A DNA stretch of 53,802 nucleotides from a virus (taxonomy: Duplodnaviria > Caudoviricetes), in the IMG/VR virus record IMGVR_UViG_3300036985_003294, positions 1 to 53,802 of that record; one strand, 5' to 3'. A program made the position numbers and the translations under genes. Positions 1 through 10,084 of the stretch are shown piece by piece. Within the stretch, counting starts at the first letter, position 1; the number at the start of each line of letters is the position of its first letter. Below the pieces are notes generated by a model. The model was not told where the DNA came from. It made no database searches and saw only the letters and a list, made by a program, of their open reading frames with translations.

Positions 1-217
1 TAGTAATGCGTAATGTGCCTTGAGCTAATATGCTTATGCTTTCAAAATTATGTACTTTACCTGTTAATATAGTCCCTGCAGGTATAAACCCTTTACGAAC
101 ATACACACCTTTGATATGAAAATGCTCAACAGGAAGTGTAATTTGAGGCATAGCTAGTATTTCTTTCTCAATACGCAGTATCTCAGGCATTGTGCCTAGT
201 TCCGCCAAGTTGCTCAT
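1..217 (-). CDS. Partial cupin-like hypothetical protein (runs off window)
   Basis: Read by eye: MSNLAELGTMPEILRIEKEILAMPQITLPVEHFHIKGVYVRKGFIPAGTILTGKVHNFES; GxYxR..IPAG..LTGKxH is cupin-like; AAGGA RBS upstream. Confidence 0.6.
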   Translation of the reverse strand, partial: MSNLAELGTMPEILRIEKEILAMPQITLPVEHFHIKGVYVRKGFIPAGTILTGKVHNFESISILAQGTLRIT

Positions 218-250
218 ATTAATCCTTACGTATTGTTTCTACTGAGTTTA

Positions 251-910
251 TCACGCTGGGAGTGCAGATACAAATGTAACCGTTACAATAACAGCAGGGG
301 CTTGCGGATGTATTGGTGCAACTACCGATTCAGGAATTGTTGATAGAGAAACTGCAGCGTCATCTGCTAACCATATAAGTTCAATATAGTCACCCGGCTG
401 TACAGAAATAAGGTAGTTAATAGCTAAAATAGTTTCAGAATCAACACTACCTCTTTTAACAGGTAGATTTACAGCAGATGATGAGTTAGGGACGTCTACC
501 CCATTTTGTCTTATCCATACTTCTAAGGTATGGATTTGAGCTGCGCTGTTAGAAACTTGAATACTATACTGATAGTTGTATATCCCAGCATTAGTTATAT
601 AAATACGTGAGGTAGGGATGCCAATATACACCTGACTTGAATTAGTATTAACCCCATTTAATAGCACAGTTGTTGATACATTAGGTACAGCCGCAATAGT
701 AGACGTGTCTATAAACGCGCCATAGGGCGCACTAAAAGATGTCATACCTATAACACCCAAGATAGAGCTCATTATGTTATCTATAGTATTAAAATATAGG
801 CGCAAGATATTACTGTACATATCTTCAGCACGTTTATCATAAACCACAGAGGCTATAGGTAGATTAGGAGCCTTAGAAGGTCTTACTAATTTTGAATTTA
901 TATTAGCCAT
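251..910 (-). CDS. Virion/tail-associated protein with beta-sandwich (C1q/BclA-like) C-terminus
   Basis: 219 aa ORF; AGIYNYQYSIQ...GDYIELIW pattern; directly follows the tail nozzle-like gene. Confidence 0.5.
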   Translation of the reverse strand: MANINSKLVRPSKAPNLPIASVVYDKRAEDMYSNILRLYFNTIDNIMSSILGVIGMTSFSAPYGAFIDTSTIAAVPNVSTTVLLNGVNTNSSQVYIGIPTSRIYITNAGIYNYQYSIQVSNSAAQIHTLEVWIRQNGVDVPNSSSAVNLPVKRGSVDSETILAINYLISVQPGDYIELIWLADDAAVSLSTIPESVVAPIHPQAPAVIVTVTFVSALPA

Positions 911-912
911 AC

Positions 913-2829
913 TTACCTTTTGCCATCAGATTTTACATCAATTCTAGGGCGACCAAGTTGCCAAGCTACGCCCAATGCGTCTGAATCAATTCTAAAACTC
1001 ATCTGTCTACCACGTAACCGCGTGTACACCTGCCCTGTAAATGTTTGTACTATATACACACTAGAGTTTGGTGGGTAAGGTAGAGCAAAGTTATCTGCAC
1101 TTGTTACAGTGGGTGCGTCAGCAGTTCCATAAGAAGCACCTGCGTTTTCTCTAGGCACAACTGTCATTGTCACATAAGGATTATTAACAGAAGAACCGTT
1201 AAAGTTTATATCTGGAAGAATACGCCATACAAACCCAAAGTTCTGCCCATCCTCAATATCAAAATCTGAAGACTGTACATACGCAGGGATAGGCACTGGA
1301 AATAACCCTGATACGTCATCAACAGACGCCTCATGGTAGAGCAACCTGCTTTCATAATTAGCAGCTATAGGGTACGCACGTATACCTGAATCTAACCAAG
1401 CTGTACGCCCCATTGTTCCAGAGTACCAAACTTGGTCTAAGTAATTAAAAATTACATATCTGTCAATAACAGAGGTATCTTCAGAACAGTAGAACCACCA
1501 TACTTCATTGTAGCCGTTATTGCCACCAGCGAATACTTGAAATGATTGGTCTAAGTTTAAGTCTTCATATACATATTGCCACAATGTACAAGGCAGGGTA
1601 TGCACAGTCCCATCATAAAAATAAAACTTATCAATACCCATCCAGTACGTCACGTTATTGACCGTAATTGCTGAGTTAGGCGATATCATGGAAGTATTAT
1701 CCATTAATACCTGAAAGTTATACACATAGGGAGGACCTAAATACTGCATTGAGTATAAAGCAGAGTCTGTCCATATTAATGTTTCTTGGCGAGTTACTTG
1801 CGCCGCCATAATATAAGAACCATGAGTTAATCTAAACTCACCAGCTTGGTTTGTAACTGAAGGCACCCATTGGTACTGGTTATTCTGATCTGACCAACGC
1901 ACCAACATAGGATCAAATGTACTTGCAGGGGTTCCCGATACATAAGGGTTTGCACCAAAGGCTATTACAAATCGCTGTATGGATGAGGAGAGAATTTGAT
2001 TAGTGGCTGTAGGGACATACGTACCCGGATATCCATAAAACGTAGATGCAGCTGAAAGAGTCACTGCTCTGATACCTACACCAGCAGCATCTTCCCAGTA
2101 ATAAATCGGTCCACCACGAGGTGCTATAACAAGGTCTTGTCCGTAGTTGTCATTACTCCATAGACGAAGTTGCATACCTAATGTATTTACAACACCCGTA
2201 CCCCAACCACCGCGTCCCCAGCCGCCAGCTCCCCAACCTACACCAGAGCTATAAACATCAAGGCCTGTTGTTATTTGGAACGCAGCTGCTGTACCTGCAC
2301 CACCACCCGCTGCTACTGTTGATGTTGCTGCAGTGGGAGAGGTTATAGAAAATGAGTTTGCGTCAATATAGGTTATCTGATACTCAGCATTTAACGTAGC
2401 GGCTGCTATACCACCTACTGCTACAGCACCTGAGAATGTTACAAAATCGTTTTGTATTGCACCATGCGCAACAATAGTTACTACAACAGTGTATAAAAGA
2501 TCAGTTGTTGCAAAGCAGTTGGTAGTAGCAGGTGCTACATAAATAACTCGAAGCGGGGTGATATCGTAATATACAGAGCCTTTTTCAATGTAGTACTTTA
2601 AGTTAGTACCTACACCTAAATAGTTAGTGCCATCTAAGTCTATCCAATTCCACAGCGATCTAGCTAAACCTAAGTAGGTATCGTTTGATAACCTAATCCA
2701 ACCACCTATCTTTTCAGGATTACCTGAACGAAATCTAACCTTATCTCCGTCATACCAACCGCCTTCATTTGAGTAGTTAGTTCCCTCACGATTAAGGCCG
2801 GGGGCTAGAGCAAGTTTTTTTAACGCCAT
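913..2829 (-). CDS. Tail nozzle / tail tubular protein B-like (packaged DNA stabilization) protein
   Basis: 638 aa; N-terminal GGWYDGDKVRFRSG.PEKIGGW, VRWSDQ and C-terminal RLRGRQ..DGKR motifs typical of podovirus tail proteins. Confidence 0.7.
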   Translation of the reverse strand: MALKKLALAPGLNREGTNYSNEGGWYDGDKVRFRSGNPEKIGGWIRLSNDTYLGLARSLWNWIDLDGTNYLGVGTNLKYYIEKGSVYYDITPLRVIYVAPATTNCFATTDLLYTVVVTIVAHGAIQNDFVTFSGAVAVGGIAAATLNAEYQITYIDANSFSITSPTAATSTVAAGGGAGTAAAFQITTGLDVYSSGVGWGAGGWGRGGWGTGVVNTLGMQLRLWSNDNYGQDLVIAPRGGPIYYWEDAAGVGIRAVTLSAASTFYGYPGTYVPTATNQILSSSIQRFVIAFGANPYVSGTPASTFDPMLVRWSDQNNQYQWVPSVTNQAGEFRLTHGSYIMAAQVTRQETLIWTDSALYSMQYLGPPYVYNFQVLMDNTSMISPNSAITVNNVTYWMGIDKFYFYDGTVHTLPCTLWQYVYEDLNLDQSFQVFAGGNNGYNEVWWFYCSEDTSVIDRYVIFNYLDQVWYSGTMGRTAWLDSGIRAYPIAANYESRLLYHEASVDDVSGLFPVPIPAYVQSSDFDIEDGQNFGFVWRILPDINFNGSSVNNPYVTMTVVPRENAGASYGTADAPTVTSADNFALPYPPNSSVYIVQTFTGQVYTRLRGRQMSFRIDSDALGVAWQLGRPRIDVKSDGKR

Positions 2830-2840
2830 AATTTATACCC

Positions 2841-2972
2841 CTAACCTAAGTCACCAGACAATATAAAAGGTTCAGCATATATTGTTACATTTTGCACAAC
2901 CTCATCTATGGGTGTATCACTAACATCACAAGGTGCTTCAATTACTTCATCGTTTTCAGGGATAGCACTCAT
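2841..2972 (-). CDS. Small acidic hypothetical protein (43 aa)
   Basis: MSAIPENDEVIEAPCDVSD..., ATGA overlap with upstream stop codon. Confidence 0.4.
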   Translation of the reverse strand: MSAIPENDEVIEAPCDVSDTPIDEVVQNVTIYAEPFILSGDLG

Positions 2973-3961
2973 GATTTTTGAATGTAGGCTAATGCAAAGT
3001 AAGGAGGTAAATTAGCTCCAGTTCCTGAAGTTCCAGCAGAGTTAATCACAATACCTGTAGTGACTGAACCTGTGTTAGTTGAAGACAATGTTGTTAACGT
3101 ACTAGTACCACCAGCAGTCATTGCGCTTGTAGCAGATGCTGCATCATAGGTATGTACGTGACCTGCGTCAATAATGCTATGGGTATGAGTTACAACGATT
3201 GCATCTGCTGTACCGCCAAATGCATTGACAGCATAGCTACTACCAGCACCTATAATGAATCTATCTTGTAAGTTTGGTGTGCCGTTAAGACCGTCACATA
3301 AGAACCAACCTGCGGGAATACTTCCTATTGAGCCTGACCACATGACAATGCCGCCAGATGGGAAGAAGGTGCCCACAATAGCTCCGGTAGCTCCATTTAA
3401 AGTAGTAACACCTGTATTAGTAACTGTAACGTCACCAGCTGCAGCTGAAAGGTTTATACCCGTTCCGCCGGCTATCGTCTTAACCCCTGCGTTAGTAACC
3501 GTTGCAACAGTACCAACTGTATTTACAGACATACCTGCACCTGCTGAAACACTTATCTCATTAAGCACAGCATTGAAGTTAACACCATCACAGTAGACAA
3601 TTTGCCTAGTACCAGATGGGATATTTACAGACGTGCCTGATGCTGCTCTAATGTTAATTGCAAAGCCACCAATCGTACTATTTTTTACAATATATACTTT
3701 CTTAACTAGTGGGGCAATAACATCTCTAACTGCGGTATTAGTTCCACCGATAACAAGAACTGACTGCCGTGCTTCATCCGTTACACCATTAAGGTTAGTT
3801 AACGTGTAGTTTGCGTCTATCATTGTTACTGCAACAACGCCTACTATAGATTGCTCAAGTAAGGTTCCAAGATTGGAATTAGTCGTTACGTTCCATGATC
3901 CAATTTTTTCCCCAGCACCTATAAGCTCTAGACGTAAGGAAGGTGAATAAGTACTAGGCAA
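2969..3961 (-). CDS. Tail fibre protein with tail-collar domain (TTG start)
   Basis: PSGGIVMWSG..IPAGWFLCDG.NGTPNLQDRFIIGAG collar motif; NLPPYFALAYIQK C-terminus. Confidence 0.85.
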   Translation of the reverse strand: MPSTYSPSLRLELIGAGEKIGSWNVTTNSNLGTLLEQSIVGVVAVTMIDANYTLTNLNGVTDEARQSVLVIGGTNTAVRDVIAPLVKKVYIVKNSTIGGFAINIRAASGTSVNIPSGTRQIVYCDGVNFNAVLNEISVSAGAGMSVNTVGTVATVTNAGVKTIAGGTGINLSAAAGDVTVTNTGVTTLNGATGAIVGTFFPSGGIVMWSGSIGSIPAGWFLCDGLNGTPNLQDRFIIGAGSSYAVNAFGGTADAIVVTHTHSIIDAGHVHTYDAASATSAMTAGGTSTLTTLSSTNTGSVTTGIVINSAGTSGTGANLPPYFALAYIQKS

Positions 3962-4463
3962 AATAGCCTCCTTTAATACTATTATTTAAAAACTCACCAT
4001 GAATACTTTTTCGTAACTCTCTAACAGCTAATACCGCTGTTTCGAATTGTTTATGATAAGCTGGTGATGCGTATATTTTTTTACCATTTTTAAATGTATA
4101 AGCAACAAATCTTTTACGGCTTCCCACCCAAGTTATCCCTTTCTCCCCCGAACTATTGTTTGATTTTACACCAACATTCCACATGTTTTCTGAATGTGTA
4201 GCCGGACGTAAATTCTCAATTTTATTATTTAACGGATTGCCATCTATATGGTCTATGTATTTTGGTAGCCAACCATTATGAAGTAAAAATATTAACCTGT
4301 GTGTTTTGTAAAGACCACCATACACACATATTTGATGTCTTCCAAAACTATTAACACAACCAGCAGGTGCGTTAATTTTAGCTGATCCTCGAGTAACTTT
4401 ATTGTGAAGTATACCATCTACATAATAAAAAAGTTCTTTAACAAGAGCTTGTTCTAAAGGCAT
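3954..4463 (-). CDS. HNH homing endonuclease
   Basis: THRLIF...IDHIDGNPLNNKIENLR...SEN, followed by NNSSG.KG and an AP2-like C-terminus ending HGEF. Confidence 0.9.
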   Translation of the reverse strand: MPLEQALVKELFYYVDGILHNKVTRGSAKINAPAGCVNSFGRHQICVYGGLYKTHRLIFLLHNGWLPKYIDHIDGNPLNNKIENLRPATHSENMWNVGVKSNNSSGEKGITWVGSRKRFVAYTFKNGKKIYASPAYHKQFETAVLAVRELRKSIHGEFLNNSIKGGYFA

Positions 4464-4480
4464 AAATATCCTTGTTTAGT

Positions 4481-4924
4481 TTATGGGTTCCAATTAGGAA
4501 GTTGTGTTGTATCAACATCAACCCATTGATTAGAAATAGGAGCAACATGTGTTGTTAGAGTAATACTGGAGAAAGGTACACTAGAGAAAGACGCTGCACC
4601 AAACATAGGGCCTTCGTCAACTATGTAGGTTTCGTTATTATTTGTTATTACATCTACCCAAGAATTTACTGTAGTAGCATTACCATTTACAATACCTAGA
4701 TATGCTGTAGCTTGTAGACCAATCGCAGAGAAACTAGCACCCCCGTTGACAGTTTCATCTCCTAGATATACTTGTGCGCCTGTACCTACAACTGGGGCGT
4801 CTGCACCAGCGTCTATAGTTATTAATCCAAGCTCACCTGTTGCATATACACCGCTAACACTGGCAAATGTAACACCTGTAAGTGTAGATAATGGGTATTC
4901 TGAAAAGGGATCAAAACCAAGCAT
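4481..4924 (-). CDS. Putative virion structural protein
   Basis: MLGFDPFSEYPLS N-terminal motif recurs internally (MFGAASFSSVPFSS); G/T/V-rich; tail context. Confidence 0.5.
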   Translation of the reverse strand: MLGFDPFSEYPLSTLTGVTFASVSGVYATGELGLITIDAGADAPVVGTGAQVYLGDETVNGGASFSAIGLQATAYLGIVNGNATTVNSWVDVITNNNETYIVDEGPMFGAASFSSVPFSSITLTTHVAPISNQWVDVDTTQLPNWNP

Positions 4925-4936
4925 ATGTGTAGCCTT

Positions 4937-5383
4937 TTAACTTAGGTATAGTTTTTGTTCGGCTTTGCGCCTACGGGATAATCCAGCAGAGACAATACCC
5001 ATTGCTTTGTTCCATCTTAAGAATTGAGCACTAGTTGTTTCATTGGGCGCCCCGCTATTTATCTCTTTTACTAAGGTAGATGTTGCAAAGTTGCGTTGCC
5101 CTATGTTATAACACAAAGAGACGCAAGCATCAAATTGATTCTGTGTCAAGGGGACAGCTACTGATTTATTTACAGCATCTTCATATTTAGTTAAAGTTTT
5201 AGAAAATAAATTCTCGGCTTCAGCTTTATTAATTTCACGATCTGATAATTTAACTTTTGTACCATCTAAGTATATAGTTGAGCCAAAACCTATAGTAGGC
5301 ACTCCTGCACTGCAAAGATAAGGTTTACCCTCAAAGCTTTCAAACTCTTGTATTAACTTCTTACCGTTATGACTTGTGTTCAT
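4937..5383 (-). CDS. Endolysin, GH24 phage lysozyme
   Basis: FE...PYLCSAGVPTIGFG, LTQNQFDA..S..YNIG, GLSRRR.AE motifs. Confidence 0.95.
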   Translation of the reverse strand: MNTSHNGKKLIQEFESFEGKPYLCSAGVPTIGFGSTIYLDGTKVKLSDREINKAEAENLFSKTLTKYEDAVNKSVAVPLTQNQFDACVSLCYNIGQRNFATSTLVKEINSGAPNETTSAQFLRWNKAMGIVSAGLSRRRKAEQKLYLS

Positions 5384-5859
5384 TTAGCGATTCCGCAGTT
5401 ATTATCTACTACAAACTTCTGGCACAGTGCAGCGTAAGCTGCTATCTGATCTGCTCTATAGGCTTCAGACTTGAGAAAGTTTGTAAGTTCGTCTGAAAGT
5501 TCGTATCTATCTTGATCGGTTCCAGTAGTGGTGCTGGTATTATTACCTTTTGTTGCGGTGCAACTACCACTTTTCCTGCTGTTGTCGTACATGCGCACAG
5601 ACTTAAAAGCGTCACGCTGGCTGTTAATAGCATTGATTGTTGATACATTGGCATCCTCCAATTCTTTATTAAGCTTCAAGGCTTCTGCATGTGCCTTATC
5701 CGCTTCTTCAGTAAGAGTAGCTAGTTGTAATTCTGCTTCTCGGTTCATAGTAGAAATGCTCTCTGACATCTCTCTAATTTCAGCTTGTGATACTTTATAA
5801 GCAAAGCCGTACCCAGAGGCAAAACTTGCAATAATAATCCCAACAAATATATAAGGCAT
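5380..5859 (-). CDS. i-spanin (Rz-like)
   Basis: N-terminal TM segment, coiled coil, within lysis cassette, carries an embedded lipoprotein ORF. Confidence 0.8.
   Translation of the reverse strand: MPYIFVGIIIASFASGYGFAYKVSQAEIREMSESISTMNREAELQLATLTEEADKAHAEALKLNKELEDANVSTINAINSQRDAFKSVRMYDNSRKSGSCTATKGNNTSTTTGTDQDRYELSDELTNFLKSEAYRADQIAAYAALCQKFVVDNNCGIAK
5442..5654 (-). CDS. o-spanin lipoprotein (Rz1-like), embedded in Rz
   Basis: Hydrophobic signal ending in lipobox LCAC; Pro-rich mature part (IIPAPLLEP); alternate frame inside Rz. Confidence 0.75.
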   Translation of the reverse strand: MPMYQQSMLLTASVTLLSLCACTTTAGKVVVAPQQKVIIPAPLLEPIKIDTNFQTNLQTFSSLKPIEQIR

Positions 5860-6020
5860 CAGTCTTTTAATATCACACCAAGTCCACCTGCAACACCACC
5901 AGCAAGTAGTAATAATTGGTCTACAGACTTACCTTGATAGAGTAATACAGCTCCTACTACAGCAGTCACTACCCAGATAAGCCCACGCTTAGTTGAGGCT
6001 TCTTGCCATTGTATTTTCAT
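5859..6020 (-). CDS. Putative holin (53 aa, two TM segments)
   Basis: Read by eye: MKIQWQEASTKRGLIWVVTAVVGAVLLYQGKSVDQLLLLAGGVAGGLGVILKD; first gene of lysis cassette. Confidence 0.65.
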   Translation of the reverse strand: MKIQWQEASTKRGLIWVVTAVVGAVLLYQGKSVDQLLLLAGGVAGGLGVILKD

Positions 6021-6580
6021 AGACCCCTCGCAGGTTTGTAAGCTTTAGCGTTGATCTGTACTTGAAAGCAAGCATTGTTACGTTTATTAACTTCACGCTC
6101 TATTATATGGTACGGTTGCCCTTGAAGCTCTTTTTGTACTTCTGGCATGAGGTCGTACCCAACTTCAGTAACACCTATATCAATACCACACTGCAAACCT
6201 AACGTAGTCTCAGAGCCACCTGTCTCAATCGTATGAAGATTCCTTTCTTGACTAAACATATCCACGCCTACAGGCGTTACTTTCCTGCAGTGCGTAGGAT
6301 CATGGTGGAAGTTCTCGTGTAAATGATGAGGCACTGTGATCTTTATAACACCTTGATCTTTCAATATGCGGTAGAACTCTTGCCAAATCTTTAGGTAAGT
6401 TTTAGTATCTTGTCCCAGATGTTCTAGCACGTGAGTTAGAGTAATTTCATCTACTGAGCTATCCTCAAAAGGCAAAGTCTTCTCTAAATCTGCTACAACA
6501 TCTGGGTTACAACGTGGGTCTTGATCTACATTAATGTAGCCTTCAAGTTGGTTATACCCACATCCAAGATTCAACTTCAT
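6017..6580 (-). CDS. Class I SAM-dependent methyltransferase (Methyltransf_11-like)
   Basis: MKLNLGCG motif I, LPFEDSSVDEI..HVLEH, RILK.QG...I.VP, DPTH; start taken at MKLNLG. Confidence 0.85.
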   Translation of the reverse strand: MKLNLGCGYNQLEGYINVDQDPRCNPDVVADLEKTLPFEDSSVDEITLTHVLEHLGQDTKTYLKIWQEFYRILKDQGVIKITVPHHLHENFHHDPTHCRKVTPVGVDMFSQERNLHTIETGGSETTLGLQCGIDIGVTEVGYDLMPEVQKELQGQPYHIIEREVNKRNNACFQVQINAKAYKPARGL

Positions 6581-6581
6581 A

Positions 6582-7028
6582 TTAGTTAGATGGCGGTACA
6601 AAAGCATTTAGTTCTTGTTGGATCACATCTAGCTGATCTTGTGTAGTTGCTGCAGTGATCTCAACATTAATTCTTTCATACCGTGTTTGAGCATCTGCAA
6701 CTACTTGAGCATCGTAGTGCGTATTAGGGTTGCCATCAGTTTCAGTTTGCGCTTCATAAGCTACAACTTGGTTGAACTGACCTGAGTTCTGACCCTTCAT
6801 ATTAGACTTACGGCTATCAATAGAGATGTTATAAACTGTCCATACGATCTCAACAGGGTCTTTAGTGCAATCATAGACTGGACCATTTAAGCCTTGTTGG
6901 TAAGGTATAGTAGCAGGGATAATCTCAATAGCATACTTCCAACCATCTTGACCTACTGGCACTGGAGGGACAGTATCCCAGCATTGAGCCATTTCGCCAT
7001 TCACTACTTGTACATATAATTGTGTCAT
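6582..7028 (-). CDS. Hypothetical protein, possible tail fibre assembly/chaperone
   Basis: 148 aa acidic ORF after RCC1 gene; C-terminal ITAATTQDQLD resembles fibre-assembly proteins. Confidence 0.4.
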   Translation of the reverse strand: MTQLYVQVVNGEMAQCWDTVPPVPVGQDGWKYAIEIIPATIPYQQGLNGPVYDCTKDPVEIVWTVYNISIDSRKSNMKGQNSGQFNQVVAYEAQTETDGNPNTHYDAQVVADAQTRYERINVEITAATTQDQLDVIQQELNAFVPPSN

Positions 7029-7062
7029 TTGTGTTTCCTTTTGTTTGAAATAAATTGATTAA

Positions 7063-8280
7063 TTAAGAGAGGATTGCTACAACGAATGACTGGTGGGCAG
7101 TTATTTTAAACCAAGTTGTAAGCGCACCTACTTGTTTAGGGCTTGAGTAATTAGTTGTATTGCCTAAACCTAATCTTCCTGACCCGTTATTGCCCCAAGA
7201 CCATAATGTTTTGTTAGTTTTCAAAGCTGTTGAAAACGTGTACCCTGCGGATACACTTAACCAATTAGTTAATGCCCCAACTTGTTTAGGGCTGGAGTAG
7301 TAAGTTATATTACCTAACCCTAATGCCCCACCAGCTCCCCCACCCCAAGACCATAATGTTCCACCTGTTTTAGTTGCTATAACATGGTACCTTCCCCCTG
7401 AGATATTGGACCAAGTTGTAAGTGCACCTACTTGCACAGGGCTTGAGTAGGAGGATGTATTACCTAGACCTAACTGACCTTGGTTATTTTGACCCCAAGA
7501 CCATAAGGTGCCATCTGTTTTTATAGCATAAGAAGTCTGCCCTGCCATGGCTATTTTAGACCAAGTGGTCAACGCCCCTACTTGTTTAGGACTTGAGTAG
7601 TAAGTTAAATTATTTAGACCCAAACTTCCTCCAGCATTATTCCCCCAAGACCAAAGAGTACCATCGGTTTTAGTTGCTAATGAGTGGAATGATGAAGAAG
7701 CTATATTTAACCAAGTTGTTAATGCTCCTACTTGTTTAGGGCTTGAGTAGTTAGTTGTGTTACCTAACCCTAACTGGCCATAATTATTTTTGCCCCAAGA
7801 CCATAAGGTTCCATCTGTTTTAGTTGCCAACTGTGAGGAAGCTGCATAGTTACCAGAAGATATGTTTAACCAATTTGTTAATGTACCAACTTGTTTAGGG
7901 CTGGAGTAGTAAGTTATATTACCTAACCCTAATTGACCCAAGTTATTTTGACCCCAAGACCATAGAGTTCCATCTGTTTTAGTTGCTAATGCTGAATTTG
8001 CTGAGCCCCCTAAAGTTAACCAAGTTGTAAGACCTCCAACTTGTTTTGGGCTTGAATAGTAAGTTGTATTTCCTAGACCTAATTGCCCAAGAACAGCATT
8101 CCCCCAAGAGTACAACCCCCCGTAAGGTGATAAATTCCCAGCAGTGGGCCAGTTGCCTTGTTTTATCCAGTATCCCGCTTGCTCCATTGTCCATACACCT
8201 GAAGCTGAACTGTTTTGATAAGCTCCTGATGGTACTACAGGTGAGGATTTCACAATTCCACCGGGATATTTTGTACTCAT
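7063..8280 (-). CDS. RCC1/BLIP-II-repeat beta-propeller protein (paralog 3)
   Basis: About 7 repeats of TDGTLWSWGxNxxGQLGLGNxTxYSSPKQVG; start taken at MSTKYPGG. Confidence 0.9.
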   Translation of the reverse strand: MSTKYPGGIVKSSPVVPSGAYQNSSASGVWTMEQAGYWIKQGNWPTAGNLSPYGGLYSWGNAVLGQLGLGNTTYYSSPKQVGGLTTWLTLGGSANSALATKTDGTLWSWGQNNLGQLGLGNITYYSSPKQVGTLTNWLNISSGNYAASSQLATKTDGTLWSWGKNNYGQLGLGNTTNYSSPKQVGALTTWLNIASSSFHSLATKTDGTLWSWGNNAGGSLGLNNLTYYSSPKQVGALTTWSKIAMAGQTSYAIKTDGTLWSWGQNNQGQLGLGNTSSYSSPVQVGALTTWSNISGGRYHVIATKTGGTLWSWGGGAGGALGLGNITYYSSPKQVGALTNWLSVSAGYTFSTALKTNKTLWSWGNNGSGRLGLGNTTNYSSPKQVGALTTWFKITAHQSFVVAILS

Positions 8281-10025
8281 AGTCTCTCTAGCCTCCACTG
8301 AATCTTATCAAAAGGCGCTTGCCACTCGCCAAATATTTCTTGTCTTATTAAAGTCATACTGTCGTAGTATGGGGTTGCTTCGCCTTCTAGTGCATATAGG
8401 AAGTAAGGCATAATCGGTGTCACCACCCAAGTGTCAATCCCCATAGCTGCAGCCAAATGGCTTACAGACGTACAACTACTTATAACTAAATCACAACTCG
8501 CTACAGCAGCTCTAGTATCTTCCCAACTATTTAGTGGTACTTGCTTAACCCACATCGGAGTAGCCTCTACACCAGCATCTCTTTGCAGACTTATAAACTC
8601 GTAGTTATCACTCTTAACAGCATCAAACATCAACTGGTAAGGAAACGCTTTGTGGTGCTCATGTTCAAACTGAGTAGAGCCTTGCCATCTTAGACCAATA
8701 CGTTTCTTTCTTCCTTTTATTGTAACAGGTTTAGGTAAATAAGGTGCGCCACTAATATCTTCTAATTCAAAGCCTAACGGTACTATAGCACTCATACCAG
8801 CAACCCAAAAGTCATGATAGATACCAAACACTGCTTCGTGCTGAATAATACTAGATACGCCTTCCACATTAACGAATAAAGACGCTAACTGACCAGAGCA
8901 AGCCACGATGACTTTACAACCCTTCTCAGCAATATACTTAGCGTATCTAACTTGGTGTATTTGATCGCCTAGACCACCTTCAAGATTTAACAGCACAATC
9001 CCTTTAGTCTTGCCATCCCACTGTGGTGTAGGTACATCTGGTTGTTTATTGCCAAAGACTCCAGCAACACGACCTCTATCTAATAACTGATAACCTTTTT
9101 GAATCTGACCTTGTCTTAAGAGATACCAACCACGATTATAAGCAGCTCTATTGTTACTTGGCTCTGTAGCCTCTAACTTCTGCGCTATGCGCCAACCTTC
9201 AGCAAAATCACCTGTAGTAGATGCAGCTAGTTGAAGGTCTAAGTCATGCAAGTCAGGCATAGTTCTAGGAGTCTCTAACCAAAACTCAGGCTGGCAGAAC
9301 GAACCGTAATAAGAACCTAGCACATCTTTTGGGTTTTCGTTATGCTGTCTTTCAAGAACAGGTTTCACATCATGCATACCTTTAGTACCATGCAACTGCT
9401 CATCATCTTCAGCTACAGTAGAACCATCAATAGCATTAAAGTCGTATTCAAAATCAGGTAATTCTAAAAAGTCATGTATCCGTTGTAGTTGCTCTTTAGG
9501 ATTAGAAATTAAGTCATCGTACTCAACAAACAAAAAGTTATCCGGTGCCGCTAAGTAACCGTTCTGTAGCGATATGTACGCAGCCTTTAAGTGATCCATC
9601 AACTGCCCAGACTCCATAAACTCATCTAAATCTTCAGGTTTGGCAATACGTACAAACGATGCCGCACAATCAGGTACAGAACGAACAGTTGCAATAATCT
9701 TTGGTTGATGTCCTAATACTTGAGCCATAGCAGACATAATCTGAGCAATAGGCCAGCCCCGTGATTTGTCAATTATAATAGGTTTATCTACATCTTCATA
9801 AAAGGCATCAATCGCACCACGCATAGTTTGCGCTAACTTTTTACGCTCTGGGTCATTTTCATTTAGTAAACCAGCAGAATGCCACGTGTTCGCCAAGCCA
9901 TCAAGAGCATGAACAAGACCTGATGTAGTAGATACATTAGTCTGTGAATTTTGGTTAAGTATAGCTGCAAGTACCGTAGAACCTGAACGTGGCACACCTG
10001 ATAGGAAATGTAATTGTTTGTTCAT
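8277..10025 (-). CDS. Sulfotransferase - TPR - GT9-like glycosyltransferase fusion
   Basis: SGVPRSGSTVL (5'-PSB), R.VPDCAAS (3'-PB); helical AAYNRGWYLL segment; EGGLGDQI..RY, RIGLRWQG and DT.A....DLVIS..TSV.HLA.A.G of GT9-like GT-B enzymes. Confidence 0.85.
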   Translation of the reverse strand: MNKQLHFLSGVPRSGSTVLAAILNQNSQTNVSTTSGLVHALDGLANTWHSAGLLNENDPERKKLAQTMRGAIDAFYEDVDKPIIIDKSRGWPIAQIMSAMAQVLGHQPKIIATVRSVPDCAASFVRIAKPEDLDEFMESGQLMDHLKAAYISLQNGYLAAPDNFLFVEYDDLISNPKEQLQRIHDFLELPDFEYDFNAIDGSTVAEDDEQLHGTKGMHDVKPVLERQHNENPKDVLGSYYGSFCQPEFWLETPRTMPDLHDLDLQLAASTTGDFAEGWRIAQKLEATEPSNNRAAYNRGWYLLRQGQIQKGYQLLDRGRVAGVFGNKQPDVPTPQWDGKTKGIVLLNLEGGLGDQIHQVRYAKYIAEKGCKVIVACSGQLASLFVNVEGVSSIIQHEAVFGIYHDFWVAGMSAIVPLGFELEDISGAPYLPKPVTIKGRKKRIGLRWQGSTQFEHEHHKAFPYQLMFDAVKSDNYEFISLQRDAGVEATPMWVKQVPLNSWEDTRAAVASCDLVISSCTSVSHLAAAMGIDTWVVTPIMPYFLYALEGEATPYYDSMTLIRQEIFGEWQAPFDKIQWRLERL

Positions 10026-10084
10026 ATACTGATCTCGTTATTGTTATTTTGACAAGGTTGTATAGTATATATTAAATTAATTAA

